The notes under the pieces were generated by a model. That model had not been told where the DNA came from and did not search any database. It saw nothing but the letters and a program-made list of their open reading frames with translations. Source: the human T2T-CHM13v2.0 reference genome, Homo sapiens. Taken from it: DNA of 64,000 bases. Positions 29,811 through 51,225 of the stretch are shown one piece after another (position 1 is the stretch's first letter; each line of letters starts with the position of its first letter). Position numbers and translations under genes: made by a program. The stretch lies in NCBI RefSeq assembly GCF_009914755.1, contig NC_060930.1; one strand, written 5' to 3'.

Positions 29811-32215
29811 ATATTAATCAATAAAAAGTGAAGGGGCAGGAAATCTGAAACAAAAACATATAAACAAAAATAGAAATCAAGTGAGAATATCAGCAGGAGT
29901 AGTAAGTAAAATACTAAGATATTTGTATTAAATAGAGAAAAATAAAACCACTAATTGGGAAAAAGCACATATAGTGCAAAGAACCAATTACTCTGAATCA
30001 GGCAACAGGCATTTAGATATAGTTCTACACTGTCTTATGTTATGACCTTTAGAATTTCCTGCACTCACCCAGGGTCTCACATAATCACATCTTTAAGATA
30101 ACCTCTAAGTTTATATTAATTTAGGGCTACTACATGGCCTCTTCCTAGGGATTTATATTATCCTTATTGGCAAACAGAGTTTTTGTTCATATCATATTCG
30201 TTCTACATAATTTTTCTCCTAGAAAATTCACCTGAGGATAAAAGATTTGAAACACAGATGCTGCAATTTTCTAGTGCAATTCTACTTTCTTTCCTCTGCA
30301 TATCTTTAAAATATTTGTTCACCTTTGAGAAAAATTAATCAATAATGGGTGTAAACAATTTGAATGCTTACTATGCAATGAAGAATGAGTCATATCAAGT
30401 TTAAAAATGCTTCAGATAGAGACATTTTGTTTTATACAAAATAATCCCTTTCTTGACCAAAGTCTAATTGTCTGTTTTTATTTTTTTAACATGGCATGTT
30501 TGAGTCACAGTTTAGAAGAAACATCTCAAATGGCTCAGCCATTCTCAACTTAAGGAAACAATCCAACATTTATGACTATCTTCTGTGCATTCTAAAAATT
30601 AAACAAAAGTTTGACAAAATAAATGGTAAAATTAGAGATTAAAACATTGTGTTCGTGTGCTTTGTTCTGTTTAAAATATTATCAGATAATTCATGTATTG
30701 TTTTATTTCAACATGCCTATATAGCTTATTCTGAGAAATAGTACCAGAAATAGTTAATGTTCAAGTAGCATACAGTATGTTAAAAGATTAAAGGCTAATG
30801 ATATCTGACTGAGCAGGATATCTAGTTATGAATTTGATATTAAAAAGCTGTACTATAATTTCCATATTGCATAATGTATGATTGGTTTCAGGAATAAAAT
30901 ATATTATCCCATAAATAGACAATTTTCAGAGGTCTTACTTGTAAGTATCCAATAAGATAAAAAAGGAATATGATTGCATATCTAAATATATAGTACAAAA
31001 TTTCAAAGAATATTAGTTTCAGTTGATTATTGTTTTCTCTTTAAAACTGTCTTCATACCTATGAATAAAAACAACTGTTTAGACATGGAATAATTAAGAA
31101 GTGAATAACAATATCTATTTAACTTTTCCAGATATTATCATTTTGACAAATACACAGAAGCTATGTTATTCTATCTAATTAACAAGACAAAACAAAAAAC
31201 AAAATAATTGAATAAGCATCAAAGAGAAACTTCTTACTATCACAAAAGAACAAACTTCTGAGCTTTCTCTTCAAAGATATTTTTAAAATTCAAAGCAAAT
31301 TCCAAGCCAGACGATTATATGTCGGAAAAATCTCGGTTGTCAGTAATGCTTTAAAAATTTGGCTAATATGGTTAATAAAAGTCCATGAATAACTAAGAAT
31401 TAAATCCCCAATCATTTCAGGTCAATTCTCATTATTTTAAAATATTTCTAAAATACATTAGTCTTTTTATTCACCTTAGCAAGTTCATGAGTCTGAAGAT
31501 AATTGAATCTGTGATAATTCAGAATCTGCAATGCCTCAGGCTCATCGTTCTTAGCATCAATCCTCATTGCATAGTGATGGAATTGAAATTATAGAGTGTA
31601 TGGGATATTGGTGTTAGTCCCTACTGAACTAAAGATAAGCCCTAGAATGTTTTGACTTTTGAATATATAGCTAAACCCCAATTATTAATGTATTATTTAC
31701 CTCCATATCCCATGTGTGCAAAAGGAGTAAAAACCAATTGGGTTATTTGAAGTTACTGGTAAATCATGTTTGAATTTTTTCTCAATAAATTTTTCCTTTT
31801 CCCTTTTCTTCTGGCATTGTATGTATCCAAAAGAATGTTTTTTATGAATTAAGAAATACAATGTTACATGTGCAAAAGAGTCACTGATTGTGTCTTTATT
31901 GATTGAGCAGTCAAAAGGTTAATCTGTTATCAGTTATTTCCCAAAGCTAAATTTACTACCAATTTGTATATCAGTCACTGATAACACATATTTATTTTCT
32001 AATTGTCTATATTGTGTTTTTAGTTAACTGTTTCAAAAATGTATTCTTAGCAATTACAAGTTCAACATCATTTTCTAAACAAAATTACAAAAAGAAAACT
32101 TTCTGATGTCCATTAAATATTAATGGGGGATTCTGCTTCTGCATGAATCAGGGGAGAAGATAGTGTAGGCAAACTTTCCCTGATATCTCTCACTGAATGC
32201 AACTATATAACCTGA

Positions 32216-32549
<334 letters not shown>

Positions 32550-32624
32550 GAACAGCTTTCTAAGAACTCTGAAAATTAAATGGTAGCAGATGGATTGGGG
32601 AAGAGACTAGAATTCGAAGTTCTA

Positions 32625-32882
<258 letters not shown>

Positions 32883-33015
32883 TTACTTTACTATTGCCTG
32901 CCCAGATATAGAGGCAAATTCCAACGTGCTCTGTGTACAAGATATGAACAGAAATAAGTCCACAAGGATCCCTCTCCTTCTGGACCAAGAAGAATAAAAG
33001 AGGAGCAGTGTGGGG

Positions 33016-33232
33016 AATATGGTTTGAATTTGTGTTTCTGCCAAATCTCATGTTGAATTGGAGGAGACTCCTGGTGGAAGGTGATTGGATCATGGGGGGA
33101 GGATTTCTCCGTTGCTGTTCTTGTGATAGTGAGTGAGTTCTCACGAGATCTGATGGTTTAAAAGTGTGTGACACTTCCTGCTTCACTCTGTCTCTCCCTG
33201 CAGCTCCATCATGGTAAGACGTGCTTGCTCCC
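33016..33232 (+). mobile_element. MSTA-like MaLR LTR, 5' half only
   Basis: atatggtttgaatttgtg...aaatctcatgttgaattg...gtgagttctcacgagatctgatggtttaaaagtgtgtg. Confidence 0.8.
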
Positions 33233-33579
33233 TGTATTAGTCTATTCTCACACTGCTAAGAAAAGGTATCCCAGACTGGGTAATTTATAAAGAAAAAAGG
33301 TTTAATTGACTCACAGTTCCGCATGGCTGAGGAGGCCTCAAGAACCTTACAATCATGGTGGAAGGCAGCTTTTCACAGAGTGGCAGGAGAGAGAATGAGT
33401 GCTGAGCAAAGGGGGAAAAGCCCCTTATAATAGCAACTCACTCACTATAATGAGAACAGCATGGAGTAACCACCCCATGATTCAGTTACCTCCCACCAGG
33501 TCCCTCCCACATGCCACGGGGACTATGGGAACTATAATTCAAGATGAGTTTTGGGTGGGAACAAAGCCAAACCATATCA
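33233..33579 (-). mobile_element. THE1D-like LTR
   Basis: tgtattagtc...gggggaaaagccccttata...aattcaagatgag...aaaccatatca. Confidence 0.9.
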
Positions 33580-34790
33580 TTCTGCCCCTGGCGCCTCCCA
33601 AAATCTCAGGGCCCCGCATATCAAAACACAATCATGCCTTAAAACAGTCCTCCAAAAACTTAGCTGATTCCAGCATTAACCCAAAAGTCCAAGTTCAAAG
33701 TCTCATCTGAGACAAGGCAAGTCTCTTCCTCCTAGGAGTCTGTAAAATCAAAAGCAATTTAGTTACTTCCTAGATACACTGAGGGTACAGACATTGGGTA
33801 AATATACTCATTCCAAATGGGAGAAATGGGTCAAAAAAAGGGGCTATAGACCCTAGCAAGTCCAAAATTCAATAGGGCAGTCATTAAATCTTAAAGTTCC
33901 AAAATTACCTCCTTTAAATCCAAGTGTCACATCCAGGTCACACTAATAGAAGAGGTGGGCTCCCATAGCCTTGGGCAGCTCCACCCCTGTGACTTCGCAG
34001 TGTACAATCCCCTTCACAGATGCTTGCATGGACTGGCATTGAGTGTCTGTGACTTTTCTAGGCACGTGGTGCAAGCTGTCATGGATCTACCGTTCTGGGG
34101 TATGGAGGACAGTGGCCCTCTTCTCACAGCTCCACTAGGCAGTGCTCCAGTGGAGACTCTGTGGGGGATGTGACTCCAAGTTTCCCTTCCTTCCATGCTG
34201 CCCTAGCAGAGGTTCATAATAAGGGCCCTGTCCCTGCAGCACACTTCTGCTGGGACATGGAGGCATTTCCAAACATTGTCTGAAATCTAGCTGCTTCCCC
34301 ATGAATCAGGGGAGAAGACAGTGTATTCCCAAACCTCAATTCTTGACTTCTGTGCACACGCAGGCACAACACCATGTGTAAGCTTCCAAGGCTTGGGGCT
34401 TGAACCCTCTGAAACAATGGCCTGAGCTCTGTATTAGTCCTTTTTAGCCACAACTGAGATGAAGGCACCAAGTCTTGAGACTGCACAAAGCAGCAAGGCC
34501 CTGGGCCTGGCCCACATACTATTTTTTCCTCTCAGGCCTCTGGACCTGTGATGGAAGAGGCTACTGTGAAGATCTCTGACATGTCCTGCAGACATTTTCC
34601 TCATTGTCTTGGCTATTAACAATTGGCTCCTCATTACTTATGCAAATTTTAGCTGCCAGCTTGAATTTCTCCTCAAAAATTGGGTTTTTCTATTCTATCA
34701 CATAGTCAGGCTGCACATTTTCCAAACTTTTATGCTCTGCTTTCCTTTTAATCATAAATTTCAATACCAAACCATATCTTTGTAAATAAA
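33580..34790 (-). mobile_element. THE1/MST internal sequence, truncated (no second LTR)
   Basis: ttctgcccctgg directly after the LTR; gattccagcattaacccaaaagtccaagt; ttttccaaacttttatgctctgc. Confidence 0.9.
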
Positions 34791-34862
34791 TGAATAAATC
34801 CGTAAATATATATATGAATGTGTGTATATGTAATGTATTCTATATAAGAAGTATTAAATATG

Positions 34863-36666
34863 CAGATACATCTCCTTTTATTGAGTGCCACTTTTCTGCA
34901 CTTCAGATATTGTGTTTTTTATAAATTGGAGGTTTGTGCTAACCCTGCATCTAGCAAGTCTATAATTGCCATTTTTCAAACAGCATGTGCTCACTTCAGG
35001 TCTCTGTGTCACATGTTGGTAACTTTCAAAATATTTCAACTTTTTCATTATTATTATATCTGTTACGGTGATATGCAATCAGTGATCTTTGATATTACTA
35101 TTATAATTGTTCTGGGGCACCATGAATTATGCCCATTTTAGATGGTATACTTAATTGATAAACATTGTATGTCCTGACTGCTCCACTGCCTCTCTATTCC
35201 ATCATGTTTCTTCCTCTCCTCAGGCCTCCCTGAGACACAACAATATTGAAATTAACCCAATTAGTAACCCTATCGTGACGTCTAAGTTTTCAAGTAAAAG
35301 GAAGAGTCATACATCTCTTACCCTAAATTAAAAGCTAGACATGTTTAAAATTAGTGAGGAACTCATGTTGAAAGCTGAGATAGGTCAAATGCTAGGCCTC
35401 TTGTGCCAAACAATTAGCTAAACTGTGAATTCAAAGGAAAAGTTCTTGAAGAAAATTAAAAGCTCTACTTTAGAGAATACACAAATGATGTTAAAAAATA
35501 AAGTGAAACATTCTTATTGTTGATAGGGAGAAAGTTTGGGTGTTCTGGATAGAAGATCAAACCTGCCACAGCATTCCCTTAAGCCAAAGCAAAATCCAGA
35601 GCAAGGCCCTATCTCTCCTCAATTCTGTGAAGGTTGAGAGAGGTGAGGAATCTACAGAATAAAAGTTTGAAGCTAGCAAAGATTGGTTCACACGGTTTAA
35701 GTGAAGAACCCATTCCCATAGCACAAAGTGCAAGGTGAAGCAGCAAGTGCTGATGGAGAAACTGCAGCAAGTTATTCAGAAGACCTATCTAAAATAATTC
35801 ATGAAGATGGCTACACTAAACAACACATTCTTCATGTAGATTAAAGGCCCTGCGTTAGTGGAATCTGCCTTGTGGACTTTAATAGTTGAAAAGAAGTTGC
35901 CTGTTTTTGAAGCTTCGAAGGTCAGGCTGAATCTTTTGTTGGGGGCTAATACAACTGATGACTTGAAATTGAAGCCAATGTTCATTTTCCATTTTGAAAA
36001 TCATGGGAATTTAATTGTTTCAATATTTTGATAAAACTTGAATAGATGAGTAGTTGCTCCTTATGGATGAATAGTGAAAGTGGTTTCTTTAGATGGAATC
36101 TACTCCTGGTGAAGATGCCATGAACATCGTAGAAATGCCAACAAACAATTTAGAATATTACATAAACTTAGTTGATAAAACAGCAGCAGAATTTGAGAGG
36201 ATTTACTACAATTTTGAAAAAAATTCTAATGTGGGCAAAATGTTGTCAAACAGCACCACATGTTACAGAGAAATATTTGCTTAAAAAATGAGTCAATCAA
36301 CATGGCAAAGTTCATTTTTGTTTTCTTTTAAGACATTGCCAGAGACACCCCAAACTTCAGCAACCACCACTCTGATTAGTCAGCAATCATCAACATCAAG
36401 GCAAGACCCTCCACCACAAAAAGGTTATGATTTGATAAAGGCCAAAATTGTCATTAGCATTTTTAAGCAATAAAGTGTTTGTTAATTAAAATATATACAT
36501 TTTAAAGACACAATACTATTGTACACTTAATAGAATACCATATAGTATAAACAGAAGATTTATATGCATTAAGAAATCAAACAATTTATGTGACTCACTT
36601 TATTGTGACATTTGCTTTATGGTGGTGATCTGGAACAAAACCTGTAATATTTTCCAGGTATGCCTG
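34863..36666 (+). mobile_element. Tigger1 DNA transposon, internally deleted; transposase decayed
   Basis: Termini cagatacatc... and ...ggtatgcctg followed by TA; Tigger1 blocks (ggatagaagatcaaacc...ttcccttaagccaaagc; gatggaatctactcctggtgaagatgc); 1.8 kb versus about 2.4 kb full length, break near 36010. Confidence 0.92.
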
Positions 36667-37074
36667 TATAATGTTATATATATCTATACACACACACATA
36701 TACATATGTACATATACAGAATGGGAGCTTGAGCTTTTTGTGTGTCATGTCCTCCCTTCTTTTTCAATCTTCTTCTTATCTTTGCAATCAGAGAAATTGT
36801 ATCCTCCTTGATCATTTTCTGTCAGATTTTAAAAGACTTATTTACAGGATCTTTTATCTGCATCTTCTTTTTCCTCCTCTCCTTCTTCTTCTATCCATTG
36901 ACCTGCCTTTTGTCAAATTATTTTTGTACAATTAATAAAAGAATTCACTTTTTAACCTTCAACTGCTACCTTTCTGCTTCTGAATTTAATCCTCTGGTCT
37001 CAATCAATCATTCTTTTTCTTAACTGAAACTTTCATGTAAATGTCAGACAACTTCATCAATGTGTTCCATTGAG

Positions 37075-37480
37075 TTAGTTGCTTACACATCCATTCCTTG
37101 AGCTGTCTATGCAAATCATGCTTTTCAGGCTCTCTTGTAATCTGAATTTGAGGTGGTTTTGACCAATGAGAGGTTCTGCTAAGATATTAGACTTGGACAT
37201 AGAAGCCATAGTACCTCCCTCTTCCTGCTTCGGGGGTATCTCTAGAAGTAGCTATCTCTTCTCCATAGTTCCAACAACCTTCAGGAAGGCCTATCCTTCA
37301 TGGTGCCAGCTGCAGCCAGTGGTCCTGCTCTTGGCTTCTTGCAACTCCATTTCTCCGTTATATTTATAGCCTTAAAGATGGGAGTGGTTTCCTGCTATTA
37401 CTAAATTCTGGACTGCTTCAATGTCTCCTTCTGACTTTCTAGTTCTTCCTATACCTTAGGAACTCATTGTAATATTCATG
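37075..37480 (+). mobile_element. LTR33-like ERVL LTR
   Basis: caggctctcttg...ttgaccaatgagagg...gggagtggtttcctgctattactaa. Confidence 0.55.
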
Positions 37481-37735
37481 TTACCTACTTTCTCCATTGT
37501 TATAGATGATATAATTATCCTGTTCTCAGCTTCAAACACAATGATGTCAGTTTCTAAAATCATGCCATCATGTCATTTCTTCCACTGTGAAACGAGCAGG
37601 TAAATATAATAAAGTGATGGTTCAGGCAATCAAATAATTTATAATCTACTTTACATAAATCTCGTTTAATATTTTTAAACACTTTGAGATATGCTTATTA
37701 AAATCTCATCTTTCTGATATCTAAATAAGCTTGAA

Positions 37736-38057
<322 letters not shown>

Positions 38058-40540
38058 CTAAATAACCATCTGAGATCAGACAGCAGGTAGGTGGAGAAGC
38101 CAGTGTTTAAAATGATGTTGTTTTGGCTCATAATATTTTATTTATAACATAAATTAATAAAACCAATTGATTAATAACATTTGCCATAAACCATAATTCT
38201 TTTTGTAAACACACCCTGACATATAGAGATAACAATAGCATAATAATGGCTCCTTATTTAATCAGCTAGTTAGAAATCTTTCAGGCTCTTACTCTATGGA
38301 CAAATTTGCATAAATATTAGCAAATATGTCCGTTTCTTTATTATTCTCTTTTCCACCGGCGAAGCAATAAAAATAAGTCAATTCCAAAAGAAGATTCATA
38401 AATGTGTCCTTAAATGTTTCAGAAGAAAAATACATTTTATCTATTTTATCAAAATACATTCAGAAAATTACTACTCCCACTAAATGCCAATAGGTTTTCT
38501 TGACAAAAATTATCCACATTTATATAAAATTATATAACTATTGCAAAATTGAATGTTTGAAATTCAGAATATTTATTAATGTGTGAAAAGTTTAAGTATT
38601 TACTTTTATTCAACACTGAATTGCATTATTATCTCTGGAGTTTGATACACACACATACATAGAAAGGTGCATAGAACATTGAACTTGATATTTGAAAAAT
38701 ATATTAGTCCACTATATGCATAATAGAACTTAGTCCTCATTTAAAGCACTTTGATGAAATTTCCACAGTCATACACTTTGGTTTTAACAGAATCGGAATG
38801 AAAACCCAAGTATAAGCATATTCAGTTTATGCCAAGGCAAGTCAGCTATGGGTAGGACAAGGAGCATGATATTTTGTTGCATTAAATGTAATTTGCATTC
38901 AAAACTTACTAAATGAATCAAAGTTTTCTTATCTCTAAAATGAGAATAAAAATAACAATATATGCCCTAATTACTTCACAGTGTCAGTATTATTGTGAAG
39001 GTCAAATAAATACATTTATTTAAAAGGATTTTAAAAGCAGCATGTATCATCATTTTAATTAGGTTAGGAAGACAATATCGTAAGTATCAAAGCATTGTAT
39101 ATCAATGATTTATATTTAATATGATATACCCAGATTTTCCTAACTGAGATTTGGGCAAACTAATTTTAATTATAAAGGTTTAAGGTTTTTGTTTGTTTGT
39201 TTTTGAGCCTCATTAATATTTGAATTAACTGAATATTTGTATAAATTCTTTGCAATTTGGAAACAAGATGAAACATAAAGTGTTTGTATTATATTTAAAT
39301 GCATGTGGAATTTAAAGATTATTTTATTATATTTTAAAAATAGAGAAAAATGCACAACCCTCTGATCATACCTATTTGACAATTCTCACTTGGCATTTTT
39401 TCAAGACATTATTATTTTTGGTTACTTTAATGACCAATTTGAGTTGAACACATGATAAATTCTGTCAATTGTGTCAAACTCAGTTGTCAAAAGAATCAGA
39501 AAGGGCATTTTAACTGTAAAGTGGTTGATTCTAGAGTTGCCTATAGATGTGGCCTCGGAATATTAACTCTCTCATCCACCAGAACTATTTTAGATATACC
39601 GATGGGAGCATGTCATTTCATGAATCGTTCAACTCTCAGTTACCCTTGGAAATAGAAAATAGCAAAGTCTAGATGAATACAATTCTCAAATATCCCCTGC
39701 TCTTACTTCGATCATTAATGCTCACATCCTTAACTAACTTTTGCCAAAGGTTCCATGAAGTAAGCAAATGGCAGTTCAAATTTACTTCAAATCTGTTTTC
39801 TTTTATATTAGTCATGAGATGGAGGTGATAATGAGCAGAGATAAATAATGAAAATGTAAGAAGCCAAATGGAAAAGAAGATTAGGGAAATAATTGACTCT
39901 ATTGTGGAAAAAGAATGTTTCCTTTCACATCAATTTTGAACTATTTTATTTTACTTAAATATAATTTCAAATAGTTTCATAAGCACCATGTATGTTTTAG
40001 CCAAGGAAAGAATAATTTACAAAATGCTGAAGGCAACACTATATAGTGAAAATATAACTACACATTAAGCTAAATCAAAACACCTTAGTCAATTTATTTA
40101 ATAGCATAAGGATACATTTCTTAATCTGTTGAAGAAATGTACCAATCTAGCTTTCTGATTTTGCTCTAATGACAATTCTATCATTTTAACCTATGTAGAA
40201 TTCTAGGAGATTCAGGATATTGAAAATATGGTTCCTAAACTCAAGAAAATTGCTAACTAGTTGCAATAGATGTATTCACAAGGAAGATAGTGAAAAATGT
40301 TCTCTGAGAAAGAAATATGAGCAAACAGAAAATGTGTAAATATACATATTTACACCAGGGTAAGACTGGAAAAGCTTAGTAGAAGTTAATATTTTATTAA
40401 TATCCGTGTTTGGAAGTATAGGTTTGTTTTTTACAGGTGGTAATGCAAGGCAAAGAGTATTCAAAACAAGGATAAACAATGATAGGCAGTTATGAATAAA
40501 TAGATGATAAATAGCAGCGAAATGACACTATTAGATTTTT

Positions 40541-40687
40541 TGTTTGTTTGTTTGTTTTTTTGCATTTTTAGCAGAGATGGGGTTTCATCATGTTAGCCAG
40601 GATGGTCTGGATCTCCTGACCTCATGATCCGCCCACCTCGGCCTCCCAAAGTGCTGGGATTACAGGCGTGAGCCACTGCGCCCAGCC
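40541..40687 (-). mobile_element. AluY-type left monomer only
   Basis: Left arm plus (GTTT)n/T tail; perfect 17-bp TSD gacactattagattttt at 40524-40540 and 40688-40704. Confidence 0.92.
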
Positions 40688-40789
40688 GACACTATTAGAT
40701 TTTTAATCTCAAAACACAGAAGCTAATCTAGATCATTAATTTTTAAGTATGTTTTATGTTCCATATTGTGAGTATTTAAGGTCCTCCTG

Positions 40790-40885
40790 ATCATTGGATT
40801 AGGGCCTACATTATCTGAAGTTGATTACATTTGCAAAAATTGTATTTCAAAATTATGTCATATTCAGATTCTGGGTGGTCAGGAT
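40790..40885 (-). mobile_element. MLT1-like LTR fragment
   Basis: attggattagggcc...ttgattacatttgcaaa...tatttcaaaattatgtcatattc. Confidence 0.55.
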
Positions 40886-41547
40886 CCTTAAACTGCTCTA
40901 CTTTACTTATTTATGCATATGACATACACATTGTGTATACACTATTTTCAATGTTATTTCCAATAAATGCAAATGATTTTATTTTTGGAGATTCTACTTA
41001 GGCTGAAGTTCAGTGAAACTGGGCACCTGTGTCTTTTCCTATTCTACAAGGACACAGAAAGCACATTATTGTGCTACCTTATTTTATGAACTATTTTTAA
41101 TCTTTAAATCTTGAGTTTCTGATTTACTCTTAAGGTCTGAAGGAGGCTATGACTTGCTAAATAAGCTACAAAAGATCTATTATTTTTAAATAGTTATGAT
41201 AAAGGGAGTGGGAAGATAAATTGATAACTTACACTATATTTCTGATTCATTTGATATGGCAATTAAATGAAAGTCTGAATTTATTTATTATTCTACATAG
41301 TTACAACCAATCTTCAAAGATGTGAAACTATTAATGTGTTATATTAAGTGGAATCTTGTGTTATTTATATGCTAAAATATTACACATTTAATCTACTAGC
41401 AACTTTGGTTTCTGAATTTCTGGAAAGAGAGCTGGACTTCTGCTAAAAGTATTCCAGCCCTCACTCTGACAAATTTTGGACTTCCTTCACCTTGGGAAAT
41501 ACATCTTCCTCAGTATGTTTCTCTAGAGACCAAATGACTATTAAATT

Positions 41548-41740
41548 AGGGGTTGTCAAAGTATGGCCCATTGCTTATTTTTGTAAATAAAGTTTTATTG
41601 TAACACAGCCTTGTCCATTTATTTGTATATCATCTGTGACTGCTTTTGTGCTACAATGGTTAAATAGCTCTGGTAGGTCCATCTGGATTGCCAAAATTAA
41701 GATATTTACTACTTGATCCTTTACAAAAACTGAAACCCTC
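41548..41740 (+). mobile_element. MER58A (hAT-Charlie MITE)
   Basis: ttttgtaaataaagttttattgtaacacagcc...atatttactacttgatcctttaca. Confidence 0.85.
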
Positions 41741-41901
41741 TAATCAAGATTATTTCTATTACTGCTCTAAATTTTAAAATTATGTAATTTTGTGGTCCTT
41801 TTTCTTTAGCTCCTACTGAAAAAATCTGATTAGGTACTTTCTACATGTTAGACTCACAAATGAATAGTTGGTATATTGAAAGGTATAATGATCCAGAGTC
41901 C

Positions 41902-47589
<5,688 letters not shown>

Positions 47590-50341
47590 CTAAAGAGACA
47601 TTTAAAGTACGTGTTTTTATTTAATCATCTAATCTTGCATTCTGTTTATTAGCATCCTAATTTTACTAATAATTAACTTGTGTTAACATAGCTACTATGG
47701 GGTGGAGTATGGATTGGAATCCAGGTCTACCTTTAACATACATTTACACACACATATGAGCATCTATTTTCCTCTCCTCTACTCAGCCACTATAAAATTC
47801 TGATACTCACTCATTGATTTCATGATTCCATTTCACGGTCATATCCTTTAAGTTAGCCAAGCTAGAAATCTTGCATGAAATTTTTATGTCTACTATAATT
47901 ATTGAGGTGTAAATTACAAAGAGCCTGGTATAACTAATGTATAAATGTAATGTGTAGGAGTGTTTGTCTATGAGTGTATATGTAAAATAGAACAATTCAG
48001 AAAAAGCAGATATAATGTAAAGAACCGTGTGTGTGCATATATACATACATTCATACATGCAAATACTTTAAACTTTTATAATTATTCAACTATTCTTAAA
48101 GAATGATATTAGTAGGATGATGGAGTAGGATATATCAGTTTTATTTCATCCACAAAAAACAATTAGACTGCTATACACGCATGAAAATAACCTTGGGAGA
48201 GCTCAAGAATCTAATTAAGAACCTGCAGCAATACTATAGAGCAAAACAAGGGAGAATAAACACAGAGAAAAAAATAAAGAGAAGATTAGCATACCTCAGT
48301 AATCTGGAGACTGCTGTGAACCAAAGAGGGTAGGGGCTATTGTTATCAGCTGCATAGTGGGTGCCATCATGGTCCCCAGTTGTCTGTCTGGCATAAGGTG
48401 GGCAGCTTTCACTACTGAGGTAGCCAACAGCCATCACTGTTGCAGACACATCAGAGAGAGATATGCTGTTGTGCTGCCTCCCCATATCTAAGAAGGAGCC
48501 ACTATTATCTTACTCTAGGACTGGGTTCACCACTTTTCACAACCACATACATGCCTGAGACTCCACAGTTATGGCTACACTAAGTATGCTCACAAACTCC
48601 AGCTCTGCAGCCACTCCATGTATCCCCACTATTAAGACTCAAGTTCTACATAAGCACAGTATGCATCATGCACACCCATACCACAAAAAATGGAGCCACT
48701 TCCACTGCAGGCTAGCCCCAGCCCAGGCCATAAAACCTCAATTACTCCATGCATGCCTGTGCTACAGACCCCTTCTCCCCTGCCACTTATAAGAGTGCCT
48801 GTACCTGGGGCAACGGTGGAACTGCTAATTCCAGCTAGTTCATTCGCAGGAGCCTGGAGACATTGTCTGTTTGGGCATGACTGCACTCCTGATTTCAGCT
48901 CCACAGAGGCAACACATGCACACTAACTCTTCAGATGCCAGGGCCACTGTTTCTATGGGCTAGTCTATACCCCAGGCCCTGAAGCCATGATGTTCCTTCA
49001 CTCACCCTCATTCCTGACTCTGTCTCCACTGCTCCAGGGTGACCATGACTCAGACACTAGAGCCACTGCCACAGCAAGCTAGTTCATGCACCTGGCTTTG
49101 GAGCCAACGTCACTGCCTGTGTGTCCATGCACAGTGCCCACCTTCATGGCTCCTCTATAAGCACCTGAAGACACAGATGCTGGAGCCTCTGCTTCAGTAG
49201 GCACATCACCAATCTGATCCTCAGAGCAATGTTAGCTCTGCACATGCCCATAGTCCAGAATCTTGCTTTACAGCATTTCTGTGAACATCTGCAAGTAGGA
49301 CACCAGAGCCACCAACCCAGTGGAAGCAACCAAACCAAGACTCCAGAGCTACTGTAGCTTTGCTCACTTCCATTTTCTGTAACCTGGTTCCCTGACAGCT
49401 CCACAAACACCCATAGCTGGAACACAGGTACCAACTTGGCATCAACGGATGCTTATGCCCAGTACATTGGTGCCATTGCTACCACGGACCCAAACGCCAT
49501 GCCTCCTTCATGTGTGCCTGCAATCTAGACCCCAGCTCCCTGAGCACAACATGAATTCTGCACATCAGATAATGGTGTCACAGCCACTGCAAATATTCCT
49601 ATAAGTCAGACTCAGTGACAAGAGGTACCCCCTCCACCATGACTTCCCTCAGTGAGACAAAAAGAGATATGGAGGACTCTGGTAACCTTCATTACCAAAT
49701 ATTCCAGTGGCCCTCAGAACCACTGTGAATACCCACAACATTGGCAACTGAGGACCCCTGCAATCTTTGTTGATGTTGACCTCAACTAACAGAGGTGCAC
49801 AAAGATTATAGCACTATGCCCACACTGGAGACAAAACCATGCAACACCCCAGCTAGTGCCCTCACACTCAACTACTGGTAAAGGTATAAACTCATTAAAA
49901 CTTGTATGTGAAACCAGGAAGGCATGACTGCTTCATCAGATTTGCTTATATCATGCAAGGTAAGAAGAAACATGAAAAAATGAAGGAAACATAACACCAC
50001 CAAAGGAACATCATGATTTTCCAGTAACCAGCCAGAATTAAATGTACATTTATGAAATGTCTGATAATAAATTCAAAATAACTGTTTTAAGGAAGCTCAG
50101 CAAACAACAATAGAACACAGAGAAACAGCTCAGTGAAATCAGAAAGACAATATACAAACAAAATTAGAATTTTAACAAAGAGACTGAAATCTTAAAAAAT
50201 AATAGGACAGAAACTATGAAGCTGAAGAATACAAAAATTAAATTTTAAAAATACAATAGAAGGTAGCAACAGCACAACTGATCAAGCAGAAGAAAGAATT
50301 GGTGAACTTAAATAAAGATTAATTAAAAATATCCAGGCAGG

Positions 50342-50813
<472 letters not shown>

Positions 50814-50864
50814 TTACTTAAAGAAAGAATAGCCAAAAACTTCCCATATCTGAGGAAAGATATA

Positions 50865-51225
50865 CAGATATTAGACTTACAATCATTTCACTCATGATTT
50901 TTCAACTTTAGAATTTTGCAAAAGCAATATTCATTCAGTAGAAACTCCAAGGTACTTCAAGTGTCCTTAAAACCATACTTTTTTTCACTTTCAATATAGT
51001 ATTCAAAAATTTGCATGAGCTATTTTTCACTTTATTATTAAATAAGCTTTGTGTTTAATTATTTTGCCCAACTGTAGGCTAACGTTCTGAGCACATTTAA
51101 GGTAGCCAAATCTAAGCTATGATCTTCAATAGGTTAGATGTATTAAATGCATTTTTACTTACAAAATTTTCAACTTATAAGAAGTTTATAGGAATATAAA
51201 TTCATTGCAAAGCAAAGAGTGTCTG
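50865..51225 (-). mobile_element. MER47A (TcMar-Tigger MITE)
   Basis: 361 bp, CAGA... and ...TCTG termini with TA on both sides; ttttgcccaactgtaggctaa and gatgtattaaatgcatttt; excision restores host ORF1 ggaaagatataaatatccaggtac. Confidence 0.85.
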
